Under the pieces are notes generated by a model that worked only from the letters and a program-made list of their open reading frames with translations, was not told where the DNA came from and did not search any database. A stretch of DNA of 64,000 bases, from the NCBI GenBank assembly GCA_030704615.1, contig CM060733.1, positions 2,728,001 through 2,792,000 on the forward strand, written 5' to 3'. Shown here one piece after another: positions 24,571 to 39,091 of this stretch. Source of the stretch: Takakia lepidozioides. Lineage: Eukaryota > Plantae > Bryophyta. Made by a program: the position numbers and the translations under genes. Each line of letters begins with the position of its first letter. Position 1 is the stretch's first letter.

Positions 24571-25268
24571 TCCACAAATCAAATGTGATGCTTATTGTAG
24601 CACATGTTGCAATATTATAGAGAGGACATATCGTTCCATTGTCTTCTTCAAAATAGCAGGTATATGCTATTGTACAAGCTGCTTACGTGTTGGAAACACA
24701 ACCTTGGGGTCCATTCTCATCACAAGGTGCCACATCCAACTACTCTATACTTTTTGCAATGTCTCATACCCTTTGCAATATACAACACTTATTGTTGCGA
24801 AAGCAAGCAAAATTTAGACAACTACGTTCATGTGTCCGTTGTTTTCTCCTATGACCTTATATGATATTTTCTTTCAAATTATGCTACTCATTAGGCTATC
24901 TATTACTGAAGATAATGCACACGACCTTTTGTATCTATCTCAATGATTTTATCAGTTTTGTTTGTGTATAAACTTCTTTCCAGTGTATAGTCTTTAATTC
25001 ATCTTGTGTTTTTGAATATGAATGAAATTATTTATTGATTTGTGAACTCTATACATTAAAGGTTGTATCTCCTAAACTATTCGTGTTGAAAGTTGATATG
25101 TCTGTTGTGTTATCTGTGCCGCGATAAAATGACGCAATGTGATCAATATATTAGTCTAATTTCATGTAAAGATCGAAGCTCTTGTGTTAGACTAAGTTCT
25201 TTGTTTGGACGTATCATGTTGTCAGATGATTTGATGAAATCTCAAATTGAAGTTACACCTTCTTGAGT

Positions 25269-26062
25269 AGAGGAATGTTAATTTATGAGCCTACTCATGA
25301 GCTCACGTGAGCATGTGAGCTTGACTAGGGTCACGTGAGTCTGGGAAGGGGGCCTATGACCGCGGATATTTCACCTATTTCCGTGCATTTCCATGCCAGT
25401 GTTGTTTGGTGTACCCCCAGTGGAGATGGTCTAATGTGGGCGTTAACGCCCAAATAATTCATGGACTCCCGCATGTTCTCCAAAGACCCACAAAATAATA
25501 ATAATAATAAAATCCCAAAATTAGTATAAAATGTGAGGACTTATGTGGGTGTTGACACCCACATAATTCGTGGACCTCCCGTAAGTCCTCCAATGACACA
25601 TTTTTTTACTTACTTTCATGGCGTGTTTCTTGAGGTTATTTTTTCCTCAAATTCCAAATCCAATAAAAGTTTTCAGGGCCACTATTCCCTGTTAACAAAA
25701 AAAAAATTCAAATTATTTCGGATTATTAAAAAAAAATTAAAAAAAAAACTGCAAAAACATACTCCAACATACTGCTTTGTGAGATCTAGGAAATATATGG
25801 TTGTCAACGCCCACATAAGTCCTCACACTTGATTACAGGCACATAATGAATGCACCAATACGATTCTAATTTTCCAAATGGCGCTGCTGGTATTTTTGTG
25901 GGAATAGGTTTGCATTTATCCTCGGGTATAGGCCCATTTCTAATACTGCACCACTCTGCGCTCACTACCACTAAGCGTGACGCCCAAACTCATGCTTAGT
26001 GGGTCAATCGTGAGTCTGGGCTCATAGGCTCACGTGAGCAGGCTCATGGCGTAGCTTCCCTG
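25269..26062. mobile_element. Non-autonomous hAT-like element (MITE)
   Basis: 8-bp direct repeat TCTTGAGT at 25261-25268 and 26063-26070; right end GGCTCATGGCGTAGCTTCCCTG, eroded left end ...ATGAGCC; GCTCACGTGAGC subterminal palindromes at both ends. Confidence 0.65.
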
Positions 26063-29000
26063 TCTTGAGTAAAAGCATATTTAGGATGGAATGTAGCAAA
26101 GCTTGAATCAAGGAAAACATTCAAAGTTCAAATCAACTTGAGTCATTGTGCTTGCATCTATGTATTACATCATCCACTTCCCTTCTCCTCCATTTCTCCC
26201 ACCTCTTTTCGTTCTTGCTCAATGGGAAAGACCTCGAGCAAAATATAGAGAATATTGGTTTTGTTGTTGAGAAGAGTGGCTGCCAAATTTGATGGAGTCA
26301 TCAGCTGACTCTGAAGGGTCAGTGGAGAGCTCAACGATGTCTAGTTCAGATTTCAAGAAAGCCTCAAAAGAGGAGCAACTACATTCATAGTACTTTCTTC
26401 GTCTCTGGGAGGTTCTACCGCGCGTGGCAGAAATGTGGTTGGAAAATGTCGATGACATTGTAAGACATTTCTATCACGACGTTCTTTGCGTGAAGGCTCA
26501 CCCCAATTGCCGCAATCTTGAAATTTTGCTCTGTGATTTTGGCCGTCTGCTCCGCAATTGTAGCATTTTGAGCGTCAATGGACTGCTACATGATGCCAAT
26601 CTTTGCATCATGTGCGTGCATGGACTGTTGCAAGGCAATCAAAACAGTATCCTTGTGTGATGCGCGCGGGCTGTCAAGATATAATCTCACATCTGCAGCT
26701 GAATTGAGGCTTACCGGGCCAATGGCACCCGGTTCTGATCGTCATTGTGGAAAAAGGTGTGTTTGACTCTTTCTCCAGCATACCTTCCCTTCACCTTCCG
26801 ATAGGATTCTGTCAAAAGGCTCTCAGCCTCTTGCGAGATGTTGAGAGGCTGAGGGGGTTGCTCAAAAAACAGAGCGGGCTGCAGCTTTGCATGCAACAAC
26901 ATTGAAGGCTTTAGGTTCATTGGTTCTTGCTGCTATTGGGGAAGTATAGTCTCCAGGTCTGTATTTCCATGAGCATCACTAGAAGCACTAGACACTATTG
27001 CAGCTTAAAATGTATCTCTAGTATCAACTTAGAGAGCGCTATCAAGAAATTGGAATGCAATATGTTATTTTCCTAATACAAATCTTTTCAAAGATCCAAA
27101 ACGAACAGTATAACAATGAATTTAGATCAGAAGGAGGTTGAGATTTAAACAATACTGAATGCACTTGCACAAATACATTGAAATATATATACACATTAAT
27201 GGCTTTTGGTCAAACAAGTCCCTAGAAACCACTACCGATAGAACTCCTCCGAATACTCCATTTTTCTTATATAACTCTTTAGCTATCACCACAACATAAC
27301 TGAGATCATATAGCTCACTGTACTCTTAATTCCTACAGTACCACCTCAGTTTCTTGTTCACTATACTTAACTTGTAAAACATCTCGATGGCGTAGAATAT
27401 GAGGAGTCCTTCCCGTTCCTATGATGGATGGCAGCTTGGTCATACTCTGCTCTCTGATGGGCTGTCTCATGTATAAGGAGACGGCTGTTTGGGAGTTTTA
27501 GGAATGTAGGGGCAGCATATTTGGAAGCAACCGTGGCATACCGCTTTGTTGGCCTGGCGGTCTTTACTGGGGCCAACACAGTTGCCGCCTTCAATATTCT
27601 CGTAATGGGCTCCTGATTGAAGTACAATCACATTATTCACTTGTATGAGTTGAGGTGTAGCGGGCCTCAGATTCATCTAAAAAAAATTAGATGTTATATT
27701 CATCTTTGGTGGGTGCCAATCCTTGACTTGGTTTGTCCTGGTCAAATGATTTTACATCAACAAATATTCCTCCGAAATGTTTAGTTGGGCAAATGCTATG
27801 GGAAAGAAGCGATTGAAAAAAACTGACAAGTATAGTATCCTGCGCACATGACGAACATGGACAGACTTCTTCCCACCAAAAAGCTTTATGTGGCATTTCC
27901 CCCCTATCTTCCCTTATTTGAATTGTATGACAATGACTGAAAATAATTTAAGTCCAATTTGCTCCGAAAATCTTCTTAATGTTCACAATTCTGACATGAC
28001 ATGGTGTTGTACCATTTTTATGTGATCACCATGGATTATAGGAGGTTTAAGTCGAACAAACGATGATGTTGAGACTTTTATTGGTAGTGACGATGATGGT
28101 GGAAAAATAACATCAACAACAAAACAAAAGGCACTTGGCAAAAAAATAGTGCAAAAAGATAATGAGAGCTTCAGTACTAAAGGTAGAGATGTCAAAGGGA
28201 GGGGCACAAGATCTCAAGGTCCCAAACAAGGTTTGAATGTAGTTTCAGTCTCATGGCCTCCTGTCCCATGAGGGATATGAGATGAGTTCAAATTGTACTT
28301 CGATTTATTATCCACGTGAGTTGTGGTAACCAAGGTATGTCTTGTAACAAGTGAGCTGATGAATGTAGTATTGGCAAGATTATGTTGCAATGCGTCTATA
28401 GTGACGAATATACAGTTCTCTATAACTAAAATCAAAAGTTATTCAAGTGACCACTTGATTGGTGACTAAGCTGGACTAAGCTAAATACCTTTGATAATAA
28501 GTGGGTGTTGCATGTGTAAGGTGGTCAGATTATTCACAAACCTATGTTTGCATGAAAGTCTTTGTAGTGGGTCATCAAACTCTTCTGTGCATGTTGATTA
28601 TGTAAGTGTTGACAAATTTATGAATTTTAGAACTTATAATTTGGACTTGAATATCACCAAGTTCAATTACTATTGAATATCACCAATTGTACGTCCATTT
28701 TATTTTTATTATTTTAACAATGTGGAGATTGTATAGCATATCAAATTGTCCATGTTGTACACATAAAAGAGATTGTGTATGAATGTGTGGGTCATTAGGA
28801 AGGGATTGTATAAATATCCAGTTCACCATCTCACATGTTTTTGTACAAAAGTCTATAAGTATCTCCCATTTGGAGATGGCAGCACCTGGAGATCTGGGTG
28901 GAGTTTGACCCCCAAATCTCCAAGAGGAAAAAGTACTAAACCTCCATGTGTATATATACACACACACTGGTAACTAGTACACGATCGTTCTTTAGATGTA

Positions 29001-29978
29001 TACTCAACTCCAACAGTATTGGCAGGCAGTGTAGTATTTTCACTTTGTGATGCCATCTCAGGTTACGGTTGACCTCCTGACGACGTCTTTGGAGCGCAAA
29101 ATTTCGTTCTTTCAAGCCCAGTACGAGTTATATTTGCCAGCAGAAGGTATCCCACATTTGATCCAAGCTTTATGTCGGATCACTGATTATATGCCGGCTG
29201 CTGATAGTTGTGTTCCATTCGATGCCTTGTGGTATATCTACATGAGGTTCTAGGCCTCATAAAATCTCTCATATTCAATTCTAATTGAGCTACCAGCCCG
29301 GGCCCTCACAACCTTTATCAGACTAAAAAATTCTGGTACAACACATCCTGGTATGCCTGGGTCTCTAACTTCTCTGATCGCCACCTACTACCCAGTGCGA
29401 TCTCTCGAGCTCCATACGGGGCCAAAAGAATTAGAAAAGTGAAAAGGAGCACAAACTGGATAAAGGGTACAAAGTAAGAAGCCGAAAATGCTTCTTGAAA
29501 ACGACTACCACGATTTTTTAGCTTGATATAAGACTTCATCTTCCTTTCCTTTGTCTAGCTCCCACACACAGCTGCCACTAGACAAGTGATTTGTAGACGT
29601 GAGTCTGCGTTCATTTCCTTTTTATTGAGACAGTTTCTGCAAGGGAGAAACAGCACAAACGCAGCTTTTACACCCACAACACTTCTGCTGCAGATCGCTG
29701 CTAATCAAACTTGACTTGCACGATTGTTGAAGGCAATTGACACCCACAAAAGTGCAGTCACATATACATATGCTCACCGTGAATCCCACATCTTCTTCAA
29801 GGATGCCGCCGCAAGATCATGTTCATCACGGCCGCAGTTGGAAGCAACCAGAGAGGGATCAGCAATATAGGGCTTATCACCTTTTTGGTGATAGCAGTAG
29901 CGATGTGCTTGCCTCCATCGCCATAGCAATGGAAGCTACAGACAGAGTCTGGGGATGAAGACCGAGTGAAAAAAAAGG

Positions 29979-30060
29979 CGTGCTCGGCAGGATTCGAACC
30001 TGCGCGGGCAGAGCCCACATGATTTCTAGTCATGCCCGATAACCACTCCGGCACGAGCAC
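29979..30060 (-). tRNA. tRNA-Ser (anticodon AGA)
   Basis: 82 nt; acceptor stem GTGCTCG/CGAGCAC; anticodon arm CATGA-CTAGAAA-TCATG; long variable arm; GGTTCGAATCC; upstream TATA and CAA; T8 terminator at 29969-29976. Confidence 0.97.
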
Positions 30061-32671
30061 CAATGTTGCCAGTAAAATTGACATTAAATATATATATAAC
30101 TACATTTTATTTTATTTTATTTTCTTGTAACATTTGTTGATGGTATTCTGAGGACTAAAATCTCGTGATAGTGAATGGGTCACTAGCAAGGTGTCAAGAG
30201 ATATAAGAGAAATTAGGTGGATGATTCATTGTGGATGATCATCATGAGCACATTAAATGAAAGATGCCGATGATTTTATTAGATGTGTGACGTCATGGAT
30301 GAATGAAATTTTGGCTGTTCAAAAGATGTGACTACATAGGTATTTGCCCGAATTCAGGTTTTTCATCCAAATATTAGTGCCCTCAAATCAAGCATTTAAG
30401 CATTTGTACATTTGTACCTTGGTTGTTTGAAGTTGACATGCCAAGTTTTGGATTTTCATTATGAAAAAAACTCAAAATAGAAAATCTTGCTCTATGAAGT
30501 TAGTTATGAAAGCGGATGTCAGCAGACACTACTAAAAAAAGCTTATGTTTCTTTGATATTCCTTTCTAGCCATTGTTGGATCTTTAACATCCAGAGAATT
30601 ACAGAGCACTGCAACAAGTGTTCTTCAAACTCAGTCGCCATAGAAGGAAAAGAAAGTGGGTTTAACGTCCAGAGATGTAAAGAGCAGGCATAAACTTTAT
30701 AAAAGCATGGGCCCCAACAAGCCAACAGCTCTAAGAGCGACTCAACTCTTCAAGAGATTCTCTAGGGTGGATATGCTGAAAGAAGGTGAGGTTCAAGACT
30801 TTTTAAGAGAGAGAGGAAGAAAGTTTACATTGTGGAGAGGGTGAACAAGCAGTAGGCATAATACAAGTCTAGCCCCAACAGAGGAGCATGCCACTGTGAA
30901 ACTCCGATTGATGCACATGGGATAACCATTCAGTCATTTTCTAATCAAGCTCACAGTGAAAAACATTGGACATTGTGGACGTTGACATTGTGATGTTATA
31001 CATCGAGAATCAGCACAGTAACATGACTCCACTAAAACCAAATTCACACAACAATAATAATGTGCACTTTTGAGAAATTTTGAAAAGAATCTAAACTCGT
31101 CTCATTTGAATCTATCCCCGAGTACTCTCAAAGGAATTTGGTCAAGATGGTCCATGGAACTGAAGGCATCCCCTGAAGATCCAGAGTCAATAGGTCCCCA
31201 ATAGTGAAGTCTCTTACCATTGACAAAATTGGAAGCAGGATGGCTGAGAGTAAAATTTGGGACTGCAAAAGGGTGTTTATTTTTTACTCTTTGATGCATC
31301 TGGAAACCCCGACCCTGAAGAATGAGCAGGTCATGCTGCAACCTTTCATGAGCAGGAGTTGGTTTCAACGATGATTGCTGCAGAAAAGCATAAAATTAGC
31401 TTGCAGCAAGCTCACGTGAGGGTGATTGAGGACATTCATTGCTTGAACAAAGAATGAGGAACATAATAATTTACTACTGCACTGACCTTTGTCCTCTGCT
31501 CCCCGCGACTTGTGGGGTCTCTAGAGGTCTTGATCTTCTTAACACGTAATGTTAACATGAGGAAAGAAGGAAACACGCAGAACAATCTTTTAAGAACCAA
31601 AACCTGAGTCAGAACATTAGCAGGCCAACAAGTTTAGGTAGAGGACCACACCTGTGCCCACAACAGAGATTGCCCAGGCTAACTCCTCAAGGTAAAGGAA
31701 ACCACCAAAATGAAGGAGGACAAAAGGCAGATTATAGCAGCATTTCGCCTGCAAAGAATGAGGTGGTTTGTAGGCAAAGTTGATGAAGCAGATGTGGAAT
31801 TGCTTCTATTTAATGAGTCCTGCAATACACAGTGGTCTTTAGCCTCCAACTTGTTCTGAAGCACTTTTTGGTCATATCCTTGCAAATTCTTCAATCTCTC
31901 GAAATGAACCTACTTTCTCTATCTCCACATAAAATTTCATAGCTTTCAGATCACAGCCTTTTTGTGGGCTTCCACTAGGGACTCAACCACTGCAGAGGCC
32001 CTAAAAACCTCACAATTCCTATCGACTATGGCTTAACCAAATGACAAAAAATTCACACAGAACCTGCTTTGTACAAGGGGGTGCCTATCTGCAAATTCAG
32101 AGATTTTGGGAATGTTGTCACTCGGCACCCTTACAAAAAAGCAGAATTTCTTTCCTGTCACTTTGGCCTAAAATATCGATGAAAATCCATCCATAGGAAT
32201 AGCGGCCCCATGTTTGCAGGGGCTCATCCACCAATAACCCCTCTGTGGCCCAATGCCAGTTAACCCCCATAGCCCCTCACAAGCAGCATATATTGTAGGT
32301 CATGCGGGGCGGACCCACTTTCACCCTTTCCGGTGGGTTGCAGAATTTGCCGTTGGGGTAGTGGGAACAGAATCTCTGGTTTTATACTGCTTTTAGGCCT
32401 TCAAATAACTTCATCCCCTTTTGGCCAATGAACCTTGGGCATGGCATTGGAAAGCCCTGAATCTGGGCTACAACCTTCCCATTTGCGGCTCTTCAATTGG
32501 ACCTTCAACAAGTTATGGCTAGATGGAAAAAGGAGTGCAACCCATTTTGGGTCGCATAGTACATTACCATACATCAGTTGCCATATAACCACCTACTCTC
32601 ACCTGAGTCTATCCCAAGATATTCTTGTTCCTCGATTGAAGAGATTGCCTTGGACAGTGGGACCCCCTAAA

Positions 32672-35600
32672 TCAAAGGTAGGCAGCACTACTCACGTGGG
32701 GGCAGCGAACTATGTAGAGCTGGTCTCCAACCATGGCATCATCGTAACTGTCCTGGTTGCGGTGCCATGTCCACAATGCATATGTGCTGTTTTTTACCTG
32801 CAGTCCATCCAGACCCAATAATTCAATTTCTTGCTGTTAGTTGGATCTGCCACATTCATTCAAGAAAATAGACATCACCTGGAAAATGGAGTGACAATTA
32901 AAAAGGGAAGTAAGCTTTACAAAAACACACCTCCAAAATTCCGTGCCCAAAGCTGCTATCCCGATAAGCACTCCAGTCTGGTTGTCTGTCCCAGCAAAAT
33001 TGTCCAGCTGCAGGGCCATTTGTGAAATTGAAGCCACAATACCCATGCATGATTGAATCTGGAGTACTTGCTGGGTCTGGGCACTGGCCAGGTGCATCAG
33101 CATGCTTCACAGATATCTTTTCATGGTTTCCCCCATCTCCTATTGTGATATACAGGGGGGCACGTGGATCGTAATTGTATTTGAAAACGCGGTTCATTCG
33201 CTCGTATGCATGCACCTGAATCACAAGGAGAGCAATACAGACCCATGGGACAATTTCACCACATTTTGACAATTCGTTTAAAACTGGAGGGTAAGAACAG
33301 CAGCCTGCAGTCTAGAAATGTCTTTTTCTCTTGAGCACATCACAATCTTCCAAGTAAATCCCATGCACAGAGTTCTTGAAACATATGAAGCTTCATACAA
33401 GACTTTGACTGTCAACTGAACCCAGTTGAAAATCAAAATGAAAAGAAGTCCAGTAGCAGGAGATGTGCCTGAACACAAGAAATGAGGCTAACTGATGTAG
33501 ATAGGATGCAGATAGGATCCAGTTGTTTTGCGTCATTTGAACAACTGGACTGATAAGTTGAATTCTTGTCTGGGTCCTTAAGGTCGAAGACTTACATGAC
33601 CAGTGAAAACAATATCCACACTGTACTCGTAGAGCAGGTCCTCCAATTGAACACGCATGCACTCAGCCTCACGGTAGTGTGCCTGGTAGCTATTGTACCA
33701 TGGAGGGTGCCAGGTAGCAATAAGCCACGGTGTCACACTACGATCCACCTTGGCCAAATCTTGTTGGAGCCATGCGTATTGCTTCCCTGATGCCCACATT
33801 AGCAATTTTCAAACAATTTCCGTTGAGTTGGTTCTGAACAAGCAGACCAGACCATTCCTAGGCCAGACAGCATCCCTGGCAAGGAAATTTTGGCCTGCTT
33901 AGATGATTTGCAACACAACTAATAACCCATGATTTCTTTGCATCCCTCTGTAACATTGGTACGTCTTTCTTGAACCACGCTGGTGATATCTGAGGACTTA
34001 TCGTGTAGCAACTGCATGATGATCTTCCGTATATGGGAGTATGTAGCTAACCTTGGATTCATTGTGCTTCTGCCAGAATTCCAGTACTTCCCTTACTGGT
34101 TACCATTGTAAGAGACCTGACACAAACTAAGTTTGTAGTAGAAAAATAGTTCTCCCTTCAGACTGCCCGCCCCCCATCATGCACAAGTCATTAATGCAGT
34201 AGCTTACCAGTCTTGTTGTAGTCAATGTAGGCTCCAATCATTACGAAGTGTATACCACCTGCATTAAAGGAGTAGTACATGCTGGTGTTCGAACCACTCT
34301 CTACTGATGGCACTGGAAACCTAGTGTTGTACGCCACGAATGTCTGATTGTCAATCTGTGTTTCAAGTTCATGGTTTCCTTCTATCACCATCGAAGGCAC
34401 CGCCGACGTTAGCGGCTCCAGAAACCTGAATCACACATTTCCGAGTCATTCAAATCATTTCCTTTAGCTTTTCAATAATCAAATTGTGTCAGGTACCAGA
34501 GTTCTTTGTCAACAAATCTGTGTGGACCCTTCCGGCATTTACAGATATCACTCTCTCCCTGTCCGTGGCCCCCAGTGCATGCTCCCACCTTCGGACTCCC
34601 TGTTCATGTTTTTAGTTTCCAAGGTTCTTTTCTCGAAAGTCCTTCCATTTCTCTAAAGCCCTTCTTCTGGACAGATTAAATAGGATAGCAGTCCCTCCGG
34701 ACATCAAATGGGCCATTCTATCCATGTACGAGATTGTCATTGGCATGGTCAAGGTTGCAGGGAAGTTCTTGGCAGAGGTGCACAGCAGTATTGGGGTCAA
34801 ACAGGGCTGCCCTCTCTCACCTATCCTATTTGGAATCTACATAAACACTTCAGAAGGATACATTGTGAAGAATAATGGAGCGGGGGTGCATTTGGATGGG
34901 GACCAACACGAGTATTCCTCTACGCTGATGATGTTGTTTTACTGGCACAATCCTGTCTCCCTACAAAGACACCTTGAAATCCTAGAAGACTTCTCCAAAG
35001 ACTGCGGGTTGCAGGTCAATCTCAGCAAAACCAAAATCATGGTTTTCAATGGCCATGCTGATTGGAGATTCCTCGACAACGGGAGACATTCTGGGCCCTC
35101 CATGATGATAGAATCTTGCAGCCCAATGACCTGTCTGAACTCTATCTCCCTCTCTTCCTCGGGCATTGGGGAGGTTTAGGGTGGGCTCCCAGTGTCTTGC
35201 GGATAGATTGTACTCATAAGATGTTGTTTGCCGTAGCCTTGTGGCCATAGACCCCGCGCCCAGTTTGAGCGGGAACAAAAGGGACAGAACCTACCTCTGT
35301 CAGGGGCTGACGTTGGTAGTAAGACTTACCTTCATATATAGAATTAATCCGGGTTTTCCAGATATCCTCTAGAAATCCCTTCACACAAGCATCAATCTGC
35401 TGTGTGTGATTTGCCCAAAAACTAGGCCTCAGGAGGGCCTGGGCTTTTGGCTCAGCCTCTAGACTTTCAAAGTTGGTAAACAGGGGTACAGGCACAATTC
35501 CCTTGATAGATTTGAAGAGAGCGTCTCTTTGGTGAGAGAACCCCGGACAGTGTAACAGAAAATGAATACTGTCTTCAGATTGCCCACACAACGGGCAATT

Positions 35601-37768
35601 GCACTCTCCCTTTCCTCTCTGCTTCTGTTTGCTGTTCAAAGGTAGGCTTCCTGCCCTGAGTTTAAATTTCGGTCTAGTGCCGAGAGTGGACAAACTGTGA
35701 TGTACGGAAATTGAAAGAGCTGCAGTTTTGTTGTAAGATTGGCATCTCTGCCTGACGTGAAGTTCTGTAAGTTCTTGTCTGATGCATATATTGTGGTCCT
35801 GCTTGGACATAATTTCCACCCGTCTGTATTTTGTGGCAGTAGGGAAGCAACGAGAGTCCGTTGAACTAAAAAACGTTGGACACCCAGGAGGCCTTGAAAC
35901 TTTTGGTTTTGTGCCCGATAGATACTGTGAGGGGCCGGGCTGTCAACCCTTTGGGTGGACAGGCTTGCGACCTTTCCTCCAAGTATTCCTTGGAGGAAAG
36001 ACGATTGCAGCAGTTCCAAATTTTTTCCCACCAGGAAACCTGGACTCCAGTTGCCCAGAACTAAGCCATAAGTGCCTGCAGGGGTGACAACGAGCTGAAG
36101 AGCCTGCCCTTTGTCAATCTGTCCATAGCAGTCGATGCAAACTGAAATTTGGGTGAGTGGATAACTAGACCCTGGTATGGGTATGATTTCATGACCTCAA
36201 CAAACACCTGTGTTGCTTGCACTGGGCAAGAGAGGATGGAGACTGAAGAACTTCTTCCAATGTCCACTCTACCACAGTATACGTGAGGCTCTCCACCTAA
36301 GAGAATCTCTTGAGGTTGAGGCCCAGTTTTCTGGTTCTGGTGGCTGTTATTGGATGCCCCACCTCTTATTGATGATGTTTTCTATTTTTCTTTGTCCCAA
36401 AGCTCATTGATCTTCCCATGGACATTCTAAAGTTTCTTTCTTTCTGTCTGTCTATCTGTCTGTCTGTCTCTCTTTATAAATAAGGCTCCGGGAGGGTGTG
36501 TTTCCTGTGGGGTCGATGGCCATAAAGCAACCAACATTTGCAGGACCAGCATGAGTATATTCTCTCTTTGTGGATAGGAAATCCATGTAAAATAGATCTC
36601 CAGAAGCCTGAATCATAAAAAACTGAACTACATAGAAATACTTGAACTGGACAGCTCTACCTATTGGGAAGGACCCTACCTTTGCCACATATCCCAGCGG
36701 GGTTGGTAAGTCTCATGGATTGGAGTGATGTTCCCGAAGTCATGACCATAGTCACTGGTGCCTGTTCCATTGGTGATGTAAAGGTTGGCATAGGACAGGT
36801 CTCCCAGAAAAAGCACCAGGTCTGGCTCGTTGTGACGCAGATGGTCGAAAGTGGATGTGGAGTTATAAGTAAGACCCAAATCTCCGATGAATCCCATTCG
36901 ATTGGGGTAGCTCGATGGGCTTGGGGCCTTCAGAGTTCTAAAGGTGTACTCACTGCTCATAGCTGAGTAAGAAGGGTCCCCGCATTGGTAATAGTACTGT
37001 GTATCTGGTGCTAGCCCTGGCCAAAAAAATTCAATCACTGTACAGTTGGTATCACAGAATTGAGCAAGTCTGTCTACTAAGTCATAAAACAACTTGGGAC
37101 CTGAAAATGGAGGGCTCGATGGTAAATTGAGAGAGTCACCTGTGAGGCGAACGTGGTGGATGATGCCTGACGTGTAGTTGAGAAGACCTTGGTATGGGTA
37201 CGTTTGGCTGTACACCTCCGACGTCCCATTCGCATTTTGAGTATATTTTCCTGAGGTGGTCCCGTAGTATACAACACTGCTCACACTATTGGGGTCCAGC
37301 GGAGTAACCTTCGGCCCCATTTGTGCATCTCCTGCACGACATTTTGAGTTCACCCCTTTAGTCTCTCTAGATTCTATCTCATTCTCTCTCTGCATTGCCA
37401 AGTTGAAGCAGAGGATTATGTAGACAAGGACAGAAGACCTGAAGGCCAGGAAATATGAACCAATCTAGCTGAGGGTCGTGAAGACTGTACACAGCACAAA
37501 ATGCGACAGGAACGGTGAACCCACCTGTGACCCAGGACACCCACATGGCATCGGGGGTAGAAAGAGAAAGAAAAAGTTGCTCGGGGGTTATGCCAGCAAC
37601 GTGCTTCACCACTCGGGAGTTATCCATGGGCAGATCCTCACTGAAAGCGCGAATCCTCGGGTCAAATGGAACCGTGACTGGTGAGAACGGCCCGTCCAGT
37701 GTGGTCGGGATACTGGCCGAGCAAGTCATCATGCACATGGAAACAACAACAGCCAATTGAATCCTCAT
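32672..37768 (-). CDS. Purple acid phosphatase, PAP15/PAP23 (phytase-type) group; exons 37768-37525, 37331-37140, 37016-36680, 34425-34208, 33786-33596, 33215-32931, 32797-32672 (about 530 aa)
   Basis: Signal peptide; IPTTLDGPF; metal-ligand motifs GDLG, GDLSY, GNHE, WHPPWY, GHVH; all GT-AG junctions keep frame; the exact start codon and last exon are less certain. Confidence 0.93.
34560..36470. mobile_element. LINE (RTE-like) remnants in PAP intron 3, with an internal inversion
   Basis: Plus strand: GVKQGCPLSP, YADD, GLQVNLSKTKIM. Minus strand 35214-36205: EVMKSYPY and CPLCGQSEDSIHFLLHC. Plus strand near 36250: FFQCPLY. (CTGT)n tail at about 36443-36470. Confidence 0.8.
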
Positions 37769-38353
37769 CTCCTTCAGCTTGGGCCCCTGAACCATTGACG
37801 GTCTGGGCTTTAGGAATTGCCTAGCATGCATCTCTCTCCAGTGTACCTCTTCCTGGGAGCCGATGGATTCCTTCGGTGGGGTGTCACATTGTACTCTTGT
37901 GCGCCAGAATCTCTCCTCTGCCAAACTCCAGGGAGCCTCCTTCAAAGACACATTTGTTTCATGTAGCATCGTGACCCAGTCAGTACACACACTCTCTTTA
38001 CTCTCTATGTAGCGTCGATCCCTCACAACACATAAACGTGTCAGAGGGCGACACGAACAAGTCAGCAGCTCTCAAAACACCGACAATGCATAGCAGCATC
38101 TTCTGCCGGATCATTCCTTGGCAGATCTCCTTTTCCTCGTCACCAACTGTCACTATGGCACTTGCGCTTCTCGCCAATTTCCAAACTACAAACTAGCCTA
38201 GAAAGCTGCCTCCTTTTATGACTCACTACGCTTGCTGCCGCTAAGTCTTTCTCGTGTACAATTGTAGTGCGCTTCCTCGAGACTCGAGAAGACCCAGCAA
38301 TATGATGGCTCCTGAAGGAAGCGTAAATTATGGTGTCTCTTGTACTAGAGAAC

Positions 38354-38438
38354 GGGCCGTGTTTGGCCGATTCTGCCCTGTAAGGCCTTTGGGCGAGCCC
38401 TATGGCCCCGCGCAGGGCAGAATCAGCCACACGCCCCT
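38354..38438. mobile_element. Small Tourist/PIF-like inverted-repeat element
   Basis: GGGCCGTGTTTGGCCGATTCTGCCCTG paired with CAGGGCAGAATCAGCCACACGCCCC. Confidence 0.5.
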
Positions 38439-38442
38439 TGGT

Positions 38443-38727
38443 GTTAAAAGCAGGTGTGGCGGATTCTCACCGCTACGTGGCGCAATATGATTGCGGTTCG
38501 ATTATCCCATATCGATTGCCCGGATTCAGAGCCCTGGAGAGGATATAAACGGGGTGAGCCTCTGGGAAAGGTCGGTGGGTTGATGGCTGACTTACATGGG
38601 CCTCGGTGGATAGGTCTGCCGTCTTCTGTGCATAGTCGGCCATCCCTGCCGATTCTGCCCAGGGTGGCCGATTCGGCCTGAGAATTAGGCCGAAAAAGTG
38701 GCAGAATCTGCCACACCTGCTTTTAAC
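38443..38727. mobile_element. MITE upstream of the PAP gene
   Basis: 25-bp TIR GTTAAAAGCAGGTGTGGC(G/A)GATTCT with 1 mismatch; internal GATTCTGCC repeats. Confidence 0.7.
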
Positions 38728-39091
38728 GATCCCAGTTTCCCTCGCCATCGGGTAAGCCCCGAGCCCTTCGAGCATCTTCCCTAGCACAGGCAGCGTAATT
38801 ATCTCTTTCTGTGTGATCCGCGTGAATCTCTCCCTCTCGGTATTTCATTGTTGAAATGGAGTCATGCTACCTCCTTGGACAACCGTTAGGCATTTTTGCG
38901 CCTAAAAATTATTAAAATCCAAACAGACTGCTTAGGCCCGTTTCTCAAACCATTTCTCACATTAGGCATCTTATGCTATAAGTTTTTTGAATGAGGCCAC
39001 ACATGAGAAGAGAAAACATTTATTTTCTTAAGAATAAAAATACAAAATAGAAACCTAGTGCCCATGGCCCCTTGTCCCACGCCACCGGAAC

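Noticed and set aside
26200-28210. Short minus-strand ORFs with some coding flavour (coiled-coil-like stretch at about 26450-26600)
   Set aside because: No motif I can assign and many stops; left unannotated.
32165-32399. Possible MITE with GGCCTAAAA/TTTTAGGCC ends
   Set aside because: Only a 9-bp inverted match and no TSD.
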